A DNA stretch of 62,375 nt, counting the filler, from Jimgerdemannia flammicorona (lineage: Eukaryota), in NCBI GenBank assembly GCA_003990765.1. It is 2 parts of 2 records of this genome, joined end to end, with 100 filler letters (N's around TTAATTAATTAA, not from the genome) between each part and the next. Parts side by side here need not be neighbours in the genome. Positions count along the whole stretch, not along the records: positions 1 to 31,143 come from RBNJ01000410.1; positions 31,244 to 62,375 come from RBNJ01000411.1. One strand, written 5' to 3'. The notes under the pieces were generated by a model. The model did no database searches. It saw nothing but the letters and a program-made list of their open reading frames with translations, and was not told the origin of the DNA. Of the stretch, positions 25,147 through 38,448 are shown one piece after another; positions within the stretch are counted from its first letter, which is position 1; each line of letters opens with the position of its first letter. The translations under genes were made by a program, and so were the position numbers.

Positions 25147-26003
25147 ATGAGTTTATTTTATTGGCATTATATGTATCATATTAAAAGCTCTCTGTCATCA
25201 TCACTCTCTATCTATTTCCACTCTCTGTCACCACTTTCCTTTGCCTGTCTATTCTCACTCTCTATTGCCACTTTCTTTCATCTCTCAGCAGACTCTGTTA
25301 CTACCTACTGCTTGTATCACTCATCACTGCTTTTCTTGCTAGTACACTGTTTCTTGTCACCACTCATACTGCTGCTTATCACCATCCCTACCTTAGTGCT
25401 TCTTATTGCTGCTCTGCTACTTGTCACTGTACTGCTCTTTATTGTCACTCTGGTAATTATTATCACCTGTCAGTAAGTAATCTTTGTCCTCCTCTCTACA
25501 TATTATTTAACTTGTGATGAGTTTTTATTTATTTCCTCCTATTTCTCTAATATTCCTCAGTATCAAAGTCAGGACCCAATCATACTTCATATAGTAATTG
25601 CTATAAAAAGCACTGACAATGTCTAAGTTCATGGGAATTTTGTCAAGTTACCCACCCTGATGTCCAGGACATATTGTCAATGAGGAAATACAATTCAACA
25701 TTGAGAAAAGCAAGGTTGGATACAAAGAAAGGAATCAAGCAATAAGTAAAGTAGTGCCAAATTGCTATAATTTCACAAAATGACATAATATATTTCATCA
25801 TCAATGATTGACAATGGGTTAAGTGCAGACAAGAAGAGATGGTCATTCTTAATGAAGAGGGTGAGCAGATTGTCCATTTTGATCAAGTCTCTGCAGAGAG
25901 ACTACAGTATCATGTAAAAGAATTCAGTAGTAAAGCCGAGTGGGACAAAGAGAAAGAGGTAGATTAGCTTGATAGTGAAGAAGAGGTCAATCAGCTTAAG
26001 TGA
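25147..26003 (+). pseudogene. Additional unidentified cargo gene relic in element B
   Basis: Low-complexity first part, gtaagt...cag intron (~25473-25560), then a long frame KH*QCLSSWEFCQVTHPDVQDIL...EEEVNQLK* broken only by TGA/TAA/TAG transition-type stops. Confidence 0.4.
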
Positions 26004-26335
26004 TATGTCTTCTATATATCCATTTGTGTCATTTTTTGGGTAACAACCTCTGGATTTCTTTCTAACTCCATCCACATTACCAATAAAATAGCTGCTTTTA
26101 CTGCTTCTAGCATAGAGAGTAGTAGGCATATTTGCCTATATATTTATATATATAGTCCATGCTTATATAATATTATAAAGTATAGATTGCCATATTGCTC
26201 ACCAAACTTTCACTTATATTGAGGTTAAGTATATATGTGTGTATATCTTATAGATATATATATAGTATAGAGTGAGATATATTACACCAAATGTTTTTGC
26301 AGGCAAATTTGCCTACACTATGGGGTAAGAGATAT

Positions 26336-27750
26336 ATATTATTGTTAAAAAGTTTCTAAATATACTATAGTAGCTTATTGATGAATTATTTAGTCTCAAT
26401 ATCATAGTAGCAAATAGTATCTGAACTTAATCTCTAAGAGAAGTTAGAAATATTACTATTATTCTAGGATATATTTAGTTCTCTATATCTAAGACTATTA
26501 TAACTAAAGTTATTATTTATAATATAATCTTTAATACTAACTAAATGAATAAAATGAATATAATTATAGATATTGATCAATAGATACTCAAATCTAACTA
26601 TAGAGAGAAAAAGTATTATATTAAAGTAACTAACTTTGAGTAATCTAAGAAGAAAAAAAAATCACTATTATAATAGTGATCTTAGAATAATGATATTATC
26701 ATAGAAGATAGTCTTTTCTTACAAGCTACTAGATTAGAATACAAGAAGATTATATAGTATAACTCACCCAGGCTATAAGATGAGTAATAATGATAAACCA
26801 TAAGTCATAATAACTATAAGATAGACATCTCAAGAAATATAAAAGAAGGATCAAGAAACTACAGTAATAGCAACTCAAACAAGACTCACCAAATCCCAAA
26901 ATAGTTTAAAAGACTTACTATAAATAAAATATCTACCACTCACTAAATCTCAAGGTCTAGAAACTACTAAGACTTCTCAGTCTAAGAAAGGATATTCCAA
27001 GACATCAGGAGAGCTATGAGAACCTGTACCAGAAGGATTCCTAGCCTCAATTTGGGTATCAGTAACTCTTATTACTTTATCCTCTACTGCTATGAAATAG
27101 AGACAAGGATCACTACTACTACTGAATACCTCTAGATATAGTAAAAATACAAAATAGAAAACCTCTTCTACTGGGAATTCCCTCAGACTAGTCTCTAAAA
27201 GATACAAGATATTACTCTTATAGATGTATACAAATTAAAAGTATTCAAAAAGATCTATCAGGCCTTCAGATATATACCTTGGTTAATCCCAAACTTGGAG
27301 TATATCAGAGTCTCAGACTTCAAGAAATTATCAGCTCACTATATAGATATATTGGAAACCATGATGGCTATAGAAGCCTAATCCACTATTATTCTCAAAA
27401 GTAATAAAGTAGAAGAGTTCTAGAATCCCATCCTTAAGGATAATCCAGATCAATTCTTGCAAGGATTAATCTCAGTATTCCAAGACTCCAGTATCTAGAT
27501 CAGACTCTCTCAAGATCTCACCTTTGTCTCCTACTTTATAGAGGAAAATATCATAGATTGGAGAGTCTCTGATCTTCTTCTTACTATTATTAAATATAAT
27601 GATGTCACTGATAATAATATTATCCCACTAATTGATACACATAAATGAACAAAACAGAAATATTCACTGACCTCATTTCCTTCAAAGACATTCTGTTCCT
27701 AACCTCTAGTTTTGATGACAGTGATGAAGATAAAGCCTTAAGATTTTGAA
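26336..27750 (+). mobile_element. Continuation of Gypsy relic 1 (protease C-terminal half and downstream frame)
   Basis: IIVKKFLN...NIIVANSI*T*SLREVRNITI...; heavily mutated; no RT motifs seen. Confidence 0.55.
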
Positions 27751-28099
27751 TATTCTACTCTAATTTATTTATATAACCATTTATTTGAATACTTGAATGT
27801 TCTGGCATTCTGACTTTATATAACTATCAGAAATTATTTCAGCATTCTGATCTTATACAATCAATTATATGAGCACTTGAATTTATACTTATAATCTAAA
27901 GTTTTCTAGGTTTAAATATCTTATTTAGTTATTGAATTTTATATTTAGCTTTATATCTTAGTAACTATTGAATTACATTCTGTATAAATATCCCTCTCAT
28001 TTCTTTTGAAATAAAGTCAGTATTAAAACACAAGTATTCAAGTACTCAACTACTCAAGAGTACAAAAGTTTTAGTTCTCTACTCAATTCCATACAAGTA

Positions 28100-30546
28100 A
28101 TCTAAGAGACAATAGAACAGTTTAAGATAAAAAGTTTAAGGACTATAAGATCTTGAAAAGGCACTCCAATAGAACTTACTTATAAGAAACTTATAGTAGT
28201 CTAAGAGATATACTTTGAAGAGAATCTGACATACTTGGAGAACTTAGCACTTACTATATGACAACTTGGTGTCTATTGGCTAGTAATACCATTAGAATCT
28301 CTCACTTTCAAGCTAAATAATAAATAACTACTACAACAACTATTCTAACTATAAGAGTCACCTCTTACAAGAATTTAAGACAAGATAGAAATGCATCCCC
28401 TCACATTCTATAGATTTATTACTGAAGAGTTTATCCTAACCTTTATTAAAGACTTTGAACAATTTGCCATTATATAAGCTCTTACTGTGAAAGCACAATT
28501 GGTTCTTTTATTTATCAGTCTCAGAGAATCTACTAAAGATAAGTTCAATACAGCCACTATTGCTAATAATAGTATAGCCAAATTCACCAATATGAAAAAC
28601 TTTCTCAGAACTATATACTATATTGAAGAGATTAAGCAAACTCTCAAAGATCAACTCAATACTATCTGCCAAGGACTCAATGAAGACCCCAACTCATTCT
28701 ACATCTAAATCTGTCATCAGATTGTCTTGGCTAGCTATAATAATATCTTTAAGGAATAGATAGCTGATTAAATCTTTCTAAAAGGAGTCTATCATGAAAT
28801 TGTCCTAGCAATCTAATCTATCTCAGCTACTCTAACTCTTGATCAGAAAGTGGTCTTTGTACAGAGATATTAGACTATCAGATACCCTACTGAATACTTA
28901 ATGGAAAGGATAACTGGTATCAAGATGGAGCCACCAAAGCCAACCAGTATCATACTTACTACAGCTCTCAACAGACAACTATCCCTATCTACCCTCAAGA
29001 TAGCCAAAGCTGACCCAGTAGAGGAACTCACCCAGTAGTTTGCCAAAATGACTGCACATCTTAGTAATGTTGTTAGAGAAGTATAAAGTGCCAACAGAAG
29101 ACTAGTACAGAGGTTTGCAGCTATTATAGAGAAATACACTATTATATGCTTCAAATGTGGAGAAGAAGACCATTATGCAAAAAATTGTATAACTGAAATA
29201 AGGTACAAAGCCCAACCAAGTAATACTACTAGAATCTGAGAACAAATCAATACTGTAGTCATCAAGGAGATTGATAATACTGATGATGAAGAATACTATG
29301 AGGAGTTCGAATTCTACCCTATTATTGAAAGTACCAGAACTCAGTCCAAGCTCTATGATAAGAAGAGTAATAGTAAGCTAGTTGGAAGACCAAAAAAGAC
29401 TACAACTATTACCATTCAAAGTAAGACCCAATCTGAGGAGATTGATCAAAATATAGAATTATATAAAACTGTCTACCAAATCATTGAGGATACTATTTCA
29501 GTCTCAGGAGAAAGTAAAAGTAAGAAAGAACAGAAGCTATATAAGACTAAGATCTATCAGTATGATATCTTCAAGGATCTCAAAAAACAGAAGATCAATA
29601 TTACTTTTGGACAACTAGCTGAAGTCTCTGTCTTCAGATAGCAGTTGAGAGCAGGACTTGCAACTACTATTAAGAACTAAGAGTATAAGATCATAGAAGC
29701 TCACAATAAACAAGAAGATGAACAAGAAGACTCAGGCAAAGAATCTGAAGATTAGTGCAAGACCTCAGCCTATACCTAATGTCAAATTGAAGATTATATC
29801 TTTGATATTATCATTGATATTGATACTGGAGGATGTCTCATAAGTAAGAAGGCAATTGACTGCCTAGACTGGAATATTGAAGAATCTATCAAAATAGTTT
29901 ATATAACAGTAGATGAGAAATAAGTTACCCTCTTAGACAAGATCTGAAAAGTCTCTATCAAGATCAGAAGAGCTACTATCCTAGTAAATATAATTGTTAT
30001 GAGTACTACCAACTATGATATCCTCATTGATAATCAATAACTTTATAAGACTAAGACTATCATTGATCTCAATGCCCAGAAGATACAAATCAACTATAGA
30101 GAAAGAAAGATATGAGTCTCTATCAATATCTATAAAGGAGTACTACCAGATATAGAGAAAGGAGATAAAGAGGATATAGAAGTTTTCATACACTCAATAT
30201 ATAAGAATAAGAGCAAGACAACTAAGTTCACAGATGAGCAGTGGTACAACAAGATTATTGATAGCTATGCCTCTCAAGAAAGATACCCTCATGGTGCTAG
30301 AATATACTACTCCAAACATCTAAATAACTACTAGTTTTGTACTAGTAAAGTTAGAAAAATTTGTCAATAAATATATAAGTAAGAAGCAGCTGAAGCAAAA
30401 AAGAAAGCTGAAGAAGATGACTAGCCCCCAGAGCTTTAAGCTAATAGTGATGATGAGGAGAAATAAGAACTAGATATTACTCTCAAGATTAAGAAGTTTT
30501 ACTCTGAAGCTAAGATTCCAGAATACAAGACTAAAGAAGCTATAGA
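28100..30546 (+). mobile_element. Ty3/Gypsy-like relic 2: gag, CCHC knuckle, protease and start of a dUTPase
   Basis: Gag QGLNEDPNSFY...FLKG; knuckle CFKCGEEDHYAKNC (~29148-29189); protease IIIDIDTGGCLISKK (~29805-29850); LKIKKFYSEAKIPEYKTKEA (30482-30541) resembles a dUTPase N-terminus. Confidence 0.7.
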
Positions 30547-31143
30547 TAGTGCTCTGAATAAGTCAGTTTGAACTAGTTTGAATTGTGACTATTTCTGATT
30601 CAAACTAATTGGAATTAATTATATAATCAATTTGAACTGATCAAAATCAGTTTGAATTCATCATATGATTAATTCAAATCAGTTCAAATTATAACTACTT
30701 TGATCTAAACCTCTAAACTGATGATTTGAATTACTGAATTCAAATCACTGAATTTAAATTACCAAATTCAAATTTTGGCTAAATTTGAATCATCTAATTT
30801 GAATTCTATAAATAAATAAAACTTATCATATGATTTACTTATATATGTAAACAGAAGAATGTGAGAGAAAAATATTCATAGACATGTTTACAAATACAAA
30901 TATGAATACATATATATACATATATATATCCATATATATACTATATTAATATTAATATCAATAGATTAGTTATTAGTATTTTTCAGTACTGATAATATAT
31001 ACTTTAAATCAGACTTCTTTAAATAATGTCCAGTCTTCTTTAAATAATATTCTATACTATATTCCTTGTTCTGAAGTTTGGCAACACTATACCAAAACTA
31101 GGAAAAATAAAGTTATATATAAGTATTACAGATAATTTTTTTT
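30547..31143. mobile_element. End of a hAT-like DNA element inserted in Gypsy relic 2, cut by the assembly gap
   Basis: Begins TAGTGCTC, like the MITE at 38449, followed by dense tttgaa/ttcaaa subterminal repeats. Confidence 0.55.
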
Positions 31144-31243
31144 NNNNNNNNNNNNNNNNNNNNNNNNNNNNNNNNNNNNNNNNNNNNTTAATTAATTAAN
31201 NNNNNNNNNNNNNNNNNNNNNNNNNNNNNNNNNNNNNNNNNNN
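31144..31243. other. Artificial scaffold gap (N44-TTAATTAATTAA-N44)
   Basis: Exactly 100 bp; the central 12-mer is a six-frame-stop linker. Confidence 0.95.
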
Positions 31244-33243
31244 CTCCTCCTATCCCCCTCCAGATCCCAGCGCCGCTCAGCCTCCAACTCGTCCTCCATC
31301 ACCTCCTGCGCATCCAGTGCCTCCAAGATTTCCTGGCACTCTGCTCCATCAACTACTTCGAATTCGGTCCGATACTCCCTGCACACTACTCCCCACTTCT
31401 CCAACCCTTTCTTTGAGTTCCACAGATAAGCTGCTCGATCATTTACAATCACTCGAAGTTCCTCCTCCTGCTGATCATCGACTTGATACTCCACCGACTC
31501 CAGGAGCACTGCCAGGATTTCGTTCCAGACCTTCCCTGGCACCTCCTCACCATGCAGAATTTCCTCCCAGTGCCTATCACTCATGACCCGGAAGTCCTCA
31601 CCTCCCAGCTCCTCAGCTGCCACCCCTTCCAGAGTCTTCCACAGCCACTTCTCCTCCTCCACCACTGCCTCGGCACTCTGGGCACTCCCTTCCCCCTCAA
31701 CCACCGGGTCCACCAATGCGATCCTCCTTCCCAACTCATCCCACTCCTCCTCCAGGACATCAAGAAGCTCCTCCTCACCTCCGACACCTCCTGGGACCCC
31801 ATACTGTGGCTGTACTTCTACGCTCATCTCAGCGTCCTCCACCATGCTGCCCTGCCCTCCTTCCCCACGGACCTCTTGGGCCACCCTTTGATCCACTCTG
31901 GGCTCCCCAGCCCAGTCACTTCCCTTCAATCCTACTCCACTTCCCCCCTCTCCACCTTCCACCGTGCCTCCTCCCAATTTCTCCAGCAGCTCCTTCTGAA
32001 TATGCCTCCCCTGCATCTTCTCCCAAGTTCCTCGATCCATCCTGACCTTCTTCTCTTCTACAATTTCCACCACCGTCTTGGCCTCATACTCCTTCCAAGC
32101 CAATTGTCTCCTCTTGACAGCTCCCATCAGATCCTCCAGAGCCTCCAGCAAATCCTCCTCTTCCTCCAGCGTCCCTTTCACCCAAGAGACCCTGCACTCA
32201 ACTGGTCCCCACTTCAGCATCGCCGGCCAGTCCCTCGCCTTTCCCGTGTTCTCCCGACCAAACAAGCATACTCTTACATCAACGTCTCCAGTCCTAAGTT
32301 CCGTACCCTCCCAGACTTTGAACCTGATATCGATAACATCCCCATACTCCTTGACCACCTCTACAATCAACTCCCTAGCCCTCTCCCGCAACACTGTGGG
32401 AAGATCCAGCACCATCAACTGCACCACTCTCGGGTCCCAGCGCATGCACCTCACCATAGGAACTACCACTCCACCCACTACTACCCCTTTCTCCATAGCC
32501 TCCAGCATCGACACCTCTTCTTCAAACCCAACCTCAATCCCTTCCTTCCCCTTCATGAACTTGACCATAGCTGCCCCCTTCACCTCCTGCGCCACCAGCC
32601 CCAGAATCATCCTCGCAGTCACTGCCAAGCCTCAGAAACACAACGTGACCGCGAATTCTGACCTCGACTTTTTGAGTAACGGTGCCGACACCATGCCTGT
32701 CACTCCATCAGCCAGGTCCCCGGGCCTCATGCCCTCCTTCTGTCCCAATCCGCCAACCACCATCACATCTGGATTTTTTTTCAGATTCCCCGTTACAGCC
32801 CCATCAGCAGTCACATCTCCAACCCCTACTCCCCCTCCCCCCATATGGACTGAGGCTCCTATGGGGGATCCTCCCTGCCCTCCTTCTGAACCTGGCATCG
32901 CCTTCCCCAGACCCAACCAACCATCCAGCCCTGTGGTCATATTCCCCATTCTGACCTTATCGGCAAAGGTCGCCCTCCCCCCACCTCTCTGCCGCAGTCC
33001 ACCTCTCCCGCCACCTCCAGCACCACCGCCCACCACAGATGGCCCTGGCATCCCCAAACCATCTCCTCGTTTCCTCCCAACCTGCTGCCAGTCGAAGGCA
33101 CGGCTGCCCCCCTGGCTGACCTGCCCACCAGTTTGCTCATTGCTCACCATGTTGATAGTAGCTTTTCACCAAAAACTTCGCAGAAAGTGTTGTCCAAATT
33201 TTGTGTCACCTGAATGTTACCGGTGAAAGCCTTGAATCAAAAT
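31244..33243 (-). mobile_element. Non-LTR retrotransposon (L1/Tx1-like) 5' end and ORF1 with one in-frame stop
   Basis: ORFs 33150-32632 and 32628-31244 share a frame, separated by a single TGA; ATFADKV motif; RRM-like IEVGFEEE...GVVVGG...LMVLDLP...EYGDVIDI...RTGDVDV...RVSWVKG; abuts the Gypsy pol. Confidence 0.7.
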
Positions 33244-36235
33244 CATCTCTGCCATCTAAATAAAAAGACTCTCTTGAAAAAAAGGAAATACTTACTTCAT
33301 CTATACTATACAAGAAGTCACTAAAGCTCTGAGTAGCCCAATCCCAACAGAAGCTCAAGAACTATTTGAGGAATTCCAGAATATATTCCAAAACCCTCAA
33401 GGACTTCCACCTAAGTGCCAAATCCAACATAGAATTGATCTCATTCCAGGGTCTGAACCTCCATACAAGAGTATCTACCAACTAGCCCAATCTGAACTCA
33501 AGACTCTTAAGGATGAGCTGCTTAAACTACTGGCCCAAGGATATATTGAACCCAGCTGCTCTCCATTTGGAGCCCCTATTCTATTTATCAAGAAGAAGAA
33601 TAGCTCTCTGTGAATATATATTGACTATAGAGCCCTCAATAAGATTACTATTAAGAACTAGTATGCCCTATCTAGGATTGATGAGTTATTGTACCAAATC
33701 TTCAAGGTCAAGATCTTTTCCCTATTAGACTTGTGAAATGGCTACCACCAGATTCTCATTGATGAGAAGGACTTTGAAAAGACAGCTTTCTGAATGCAGT
33801 TTAGATACTACTAGTTCTGAGTCATGCCTTTTGATTTGACCAATACACTAGCAATATTCCAGTATCTGATGAATGATATCTTTAGACTACTCCTCAATAT
33901 TTATGTTCTTGTGTATATTGATGATATACTAATCTACAGTGAAACAGTAGAGTTATACTATATCTACCTCAGACAGATACTGACTCTTCTGTGAGAACAC
34001 TAGCTCTATACTAAGATGAGCAAGTGCAAGTTCTATCAAGAACAGATTGAGTACCTAGGACATATCATCTCTACTGAAGGTATCAATATAGACTCCCAAA
34101 AGGTATCAGCTCTTAAGAATATTCCCATCCCACTATCCTCAAGCTACTCCAGTACTTCTTGGGTATTACTAGTTACTACTGAAGGTTTATCTAAGAATAC
34201 TCTACTATTGCAGCCCCATTGACCAGCCTGGCCCATAAAGGAGTAAATATTAAGACTGAATAGATCCCTAAATATACCAAGACTATGGACTATCTCAAGA
34301 GACTTCTTAGTGAGGCCCTAGAGCTAATTGTACCTGACCCTATTAGACTATTTACTCTGACCACAGATGCTTCTGATATTGCCATTGGGGTAGTACTTAG
34401 CCAAGAAGATTGCTCAGTAGTCTACTTTTCCCAAAAGCTCAAGCTAGCTGAGACCCAGTATACTATCTATAAGAAGGAACTCTTGGCCATTGTCACTGTA
34501 CTCTAGGAATGACACCATTTCCTCCTAGAACAACTATTTGTGGCCTATACTGATCACTATGCTCTATAGTACATTTATATATAGCCTATGCTGACCTACA
34601 GATAAGTCTGCTGGATGGAAATCATTATCAACTTTGATATAAAAATCAAGTATATCTCAGGCAAAACCAACTGTATGACTGATGGTTTCTCCAGATATAT
34701 AAAAGATGAACTTGTCTTCATGATTAAGATAATTGGAGACCTTACTCAAATAATCAAGAATGGCTACTAGCAGGATAGCTCTCTGATAAAATTCCTTCAA
34801 GTCTATCAAAACCCAGAGGCCGAAGTCCTAGAACCTATGAGATAAATGTCCAAGAGATTTACTTACCATAATAGACTTATCTACAGAGACTATAACAGAG
34901 TAGTTGTATCCAACAATAATACTCTGCAGCTCAAAATCATACAGAAACTTTATGATACTCCTGCAGCAGGATACTTTGGTTTTGAAAAGACCTACAATCT
35001 TCTCTCAAGAGAGTTCTACTGACCAAAGATGACCAAGAACATCAAAGACTTTATGGCCTCATATAAGATGTGTCAAAGGTTCAAGAGTAGTAACAAGCTA
35101 TCAATAGAACTTCTACAACTCCTACCTATTCCAAGTCATAACTGGGATTAGATTGTAATGGACTTTATTATTCAGCTCTCCAAGACTAAAGTAGGATGAG
35201 ATGCCATTGTGGTATTTGTAGACCACCTAAGCAAATAAGCCCATTTTGTACTGACTAAGACCACCATAACAGTATCAGAGATTGCTGAGATTTTCCTCAA
35301 CCAAGTATTCAAACTATATAGTATGTCTAGTACCATTGTGTCTGACTGGGATACTAAGTTTACAAATAACTTCTGGAAGACATTCTTCTCTCTCCATAGA
35401 ATCAAGCTGAAGTTCTCTACTGCTTACCACCCCCAGACTGATAGTCAAGCTAAGTGAACCAATATGTAGGACTCTCAAGCAGATGCTCAGCATCTTCTAC
35501 TATTATAAGTAGAATGATTGAGACAAGTATCTTGCCCATGTCAAGTTTGCCTATAACAACAGCCAGCAAACCTCTATAAAGAAGGCTCCATTCTTTCTGA
35601 ATTATGGCCAACATCTAAGAACTCCAAGTATTACTACAAAATCAACAGTTCCAGTAGCCCAAGATTTGGCTGAGACCATTTCTGATCTTATCCAAATAAT
35701 AAGAGATGTACTCATAGAAGCACAGGACTATCAGACCAAGTATACAAACTTGAAGTATAGAGAAGTCTCTTACAATATTGGTAACATGATTATGCTTAGA
35801 ACAGACCACCTCTACCCAGACATCCTGATACAACAACTAGCTAAGAAACTCTATGTTAGAAGAATTAGACTATATAAGATTGTGGAAAAAATCAGTAAAG
35901 TCAACTACAAGTTACAACTTTCTCATAATATTTAAGTACATCCAGTATTCCATATTAGTCAATTGGTAGACTACTATGAGAATCCTTTCCCCGAGTATAC
36001 AGTTCCACCACCACCCCCAATTAGAATTAAGAAATTCAAAATTGAGGAAATACTTGACTATAAGGTCTGCAAACATCCCAAAATAGTCAAGTAGTTTTTC
36101 CTTATTAAGTAGAAGAGTTACTCCACCCATAATACTATCTGAGAAAAGAAAGAAGCTCTAGAGAATATATGCAAAGCCCTCCAGAAATATATAAAAACAC
36201 TCACTCTTCAGCAAAGAAAAGAACTGCTGCTCTAA
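33244..36235 (+). mobile_element. Chromovirus-type Ty3/Gypsy pol relic (RT, RNase H, integrase, chromodomain)
   Basis: [104 protein letters not shown] and chromodomain FKIEEILDY...; many stops. Confidence 0.92.
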
Positions 36236-36883
36236 GGGTTAGAGCATACAGTAATAAAAAAAAGACTCTATATATTTTTATCTGAAATATATAATACTGA
36301 ATATTACAGAAAAGAGAATATCATAATTAATCAACAAGAAGAATACTCTAGCAAAGAACAATCTAGCATAGTATAGCAAAACACATTTAAATAACTCCAT
36401 TTTATACCATTTGTATCATCTCTGCTAGATGATGATGGATGCTTTATATAGAACTTAGGAAAGCTGACAATGTCAAAATCAATCTAAGCCCATCTATATA
36501 ATAGATATTGTTACTTAGGAATTACCTTAGATTATAAGAAATACTATTTCTGAGAGGTTTGAACTCCCAGTCACAATAATGAGAGTCTTTGCCCTAGACA
36601 AGGATGGCCAGTTCTTGCAAATGTATTAATTAGATAAAAAAAAAAGAGGACCAAGATCTGTTGACTCTGTGTAACTATAAGTGTAAGTAGTGATATCTTT
36701 AAAATCAGAATTTTTCTCATATAACTAGCATATACTCTACTTATAGCAATAGGTTATATATTCTCCTAAAAAGTATAATCAAAAGAAGGTCACACCAGAC
36801 AGAAAAATAAGTATAAATATCCAAGACAAGAATACCCTATAACTCTTATTCCCCTCTCCTCATAAAGAAAAGATAAGATGAGA

Positions 36884-37710
36884 ATGCCTACTATCTGCTG
36901 TCAAACTACCTGCTGTAGCCAGCCCCTCCCAAGCCAGGTTGACTGCCTTTTTGGATACATCTAGGTTGCTATCTGAGGAAGGAACTACTGCTCTGAGACC
37001 CTTAACCTCTTTAGCCAAGACCTAGGACATTATATCCTCAACTGCCATGAAGTCATTGAAAGGGCCTATCTTGCTACCAGCTATCTAGAGATCTGGCATG
37101 AATATGAAATCAACCATCAACTCCTCCAATAGATAAAGAATCTACCCACTGACCAGGTCTCAGACTGGATCTACTTAGATAGATATAAGTAAAGACTTAC
37201 TAAGAAGGTTTATCAAATTATGCACTATATACTCTTTACTATTCCCAACCTTAACTATGTTCAACTGAAGGACTTCCAGAACCTCTCTTTTTCTAAGGTT
37301 GATGAGTTAGAGATCAAGATAGCCCAAGAAGCTAACTTCTAGATTATCTTCAAGTCTACTGACTATGAGCCCCACTGAAGTCCCCCTCTTAAATAACAAT
37401 TCAGACCAATGGCTTCAAGACCTCTCTGATCTCTTTGAAGGACTATCCATCTAAATGAATATTCTCAAACATGAGGATCAAGAACCCTACTTGGATGGTC
37501 TCAACTACATTAGATAGAGAACCCCTATACTAATGCTCATACCAATATAAGAACCATTTATAGACCTTATTAACTTCTCTATTCTAGATATCAAGCCATC
37601 AGCAACTGCTCCCTCTGCCACTGAAGAAGAGGGCAATAATACTGAGGAAAACTCTCCACCTTTCTCTCTCCTGGTTCTCAATTTCTGAATTAATGAAGAT
37701 ATTGATTTCT
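36884..37710 (+). pseudogene. Extra ORF between pol and the 3' LTR of the chromovirus relic
   Basis: ATG at 36884 opens a frame of about 170 codons or more (MPTICCQT...LFGYI*VAI*GRNY...IWHEYEINHQLL...) broken only by transition-type stops. Confidence 0.45.
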
Positions 37711-37723
37711 AAGAGAGAAAGGA

Positions 37724-38133
37724 TGTAATAGAATAAATGAGCAATCATATGACCCAGTGAGCAATGACATCATCATTTGATTGAGTATGATATATATTAT
37801 AAATAATGAATGAATAAATGATGTAGAAAATGATATAAAAAATAATATCCAGTTTATTCCTGACAATTAGCACTATAGTAACTATTGCTACAGCAGCTAA
37901 TCATTGCCTAGTAATTGAGATCCTGATCATAAAGTTGTTTTTGCCAAAAACCACCTGACAAAGATTATATTATAGTTACCAAATTAGTCACTCATACTTA
38001 GTCAGAAATCATAGACTAACTTATATAAATACCCCTCAGTTTCTATCTAAAATAAAGTAGTTTTAGTTCAGTTCTTGATATAAGAATCAAGTCCCCCTAT
38101 ACATATACATTCCTCTGAGTTTTAGTAATAACA
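37724..38133 (+). repeat. Probable LTR preceded by a polypurine tract
   Basis: taagagagaaagga|TGTAA ... TAACA termini; internal tatataaata box. Confidence 0.6.
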
Positions 38134-38448
38134 CCTAAGTGACTCTAGTATTTCTGACTAAACTCTAGAAGCCTAGCTAACTTCTGCCAGAACTGAGACC
38201 AGTATATAAATCCCCAAAGACTTAAGTAAACCTCAATTGAACCTGAATTTCAAGGCAAATTCAGTCTGTGCATAGTAAAGAACAAGACCTTTGAAAGATA
38301 AGACACTACTACTATAACTACTTTTTAAGTGAGCACTTCCTCAAACTGAAGACTTCTTGGTACATATTGTATACTAAGTTCCTAAGTAATAGTCTTACTT
38401 CCCTAAGTATCTAAAGAATTAGAGAGAGATAAAAGTGAGAGTTATTAT

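Larger units (their letters stand above)
18322..26331 (-). mobile_element. piggyBac-type DNA transposon B (8.0 kb) carrying cargo genes
   Basis: Left end TTCTTACCCTATAATCACATGTAGGCAAATTT; reverse complement of right end CTCTTACCCCATAGTGTAGGCAAATTT; flanks CTAT (18318-18321) and ATAT (26332-26335); host protease resumes right after (IIVKKFL...IIVANSI). Confidence 0.75.

Noticed and set aside
26100..26331. GGCAAATTTGCC hairpin as a Helitron 3' end
   Set aside because: It is part of the inverted repeat matching 18322-18353; there is no CTRR terminus or Rep/helicase motif.
31188..31199. TTAATTAATTAA between N runs as a piggyBac target or biological palindrome
   Set aside because: It is centred in an exact 100-bp N spacer and is a six-frame-stop scaffolding linker; adjacency across the gap is not guaranteed.
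31483..33226. Long plus-strand ORFs (392 aa and 382 aa)
   Set aside because: Antisense shadows of the GC-rich LINE ORF1, with biased L/H/P/S composition and no motifs.
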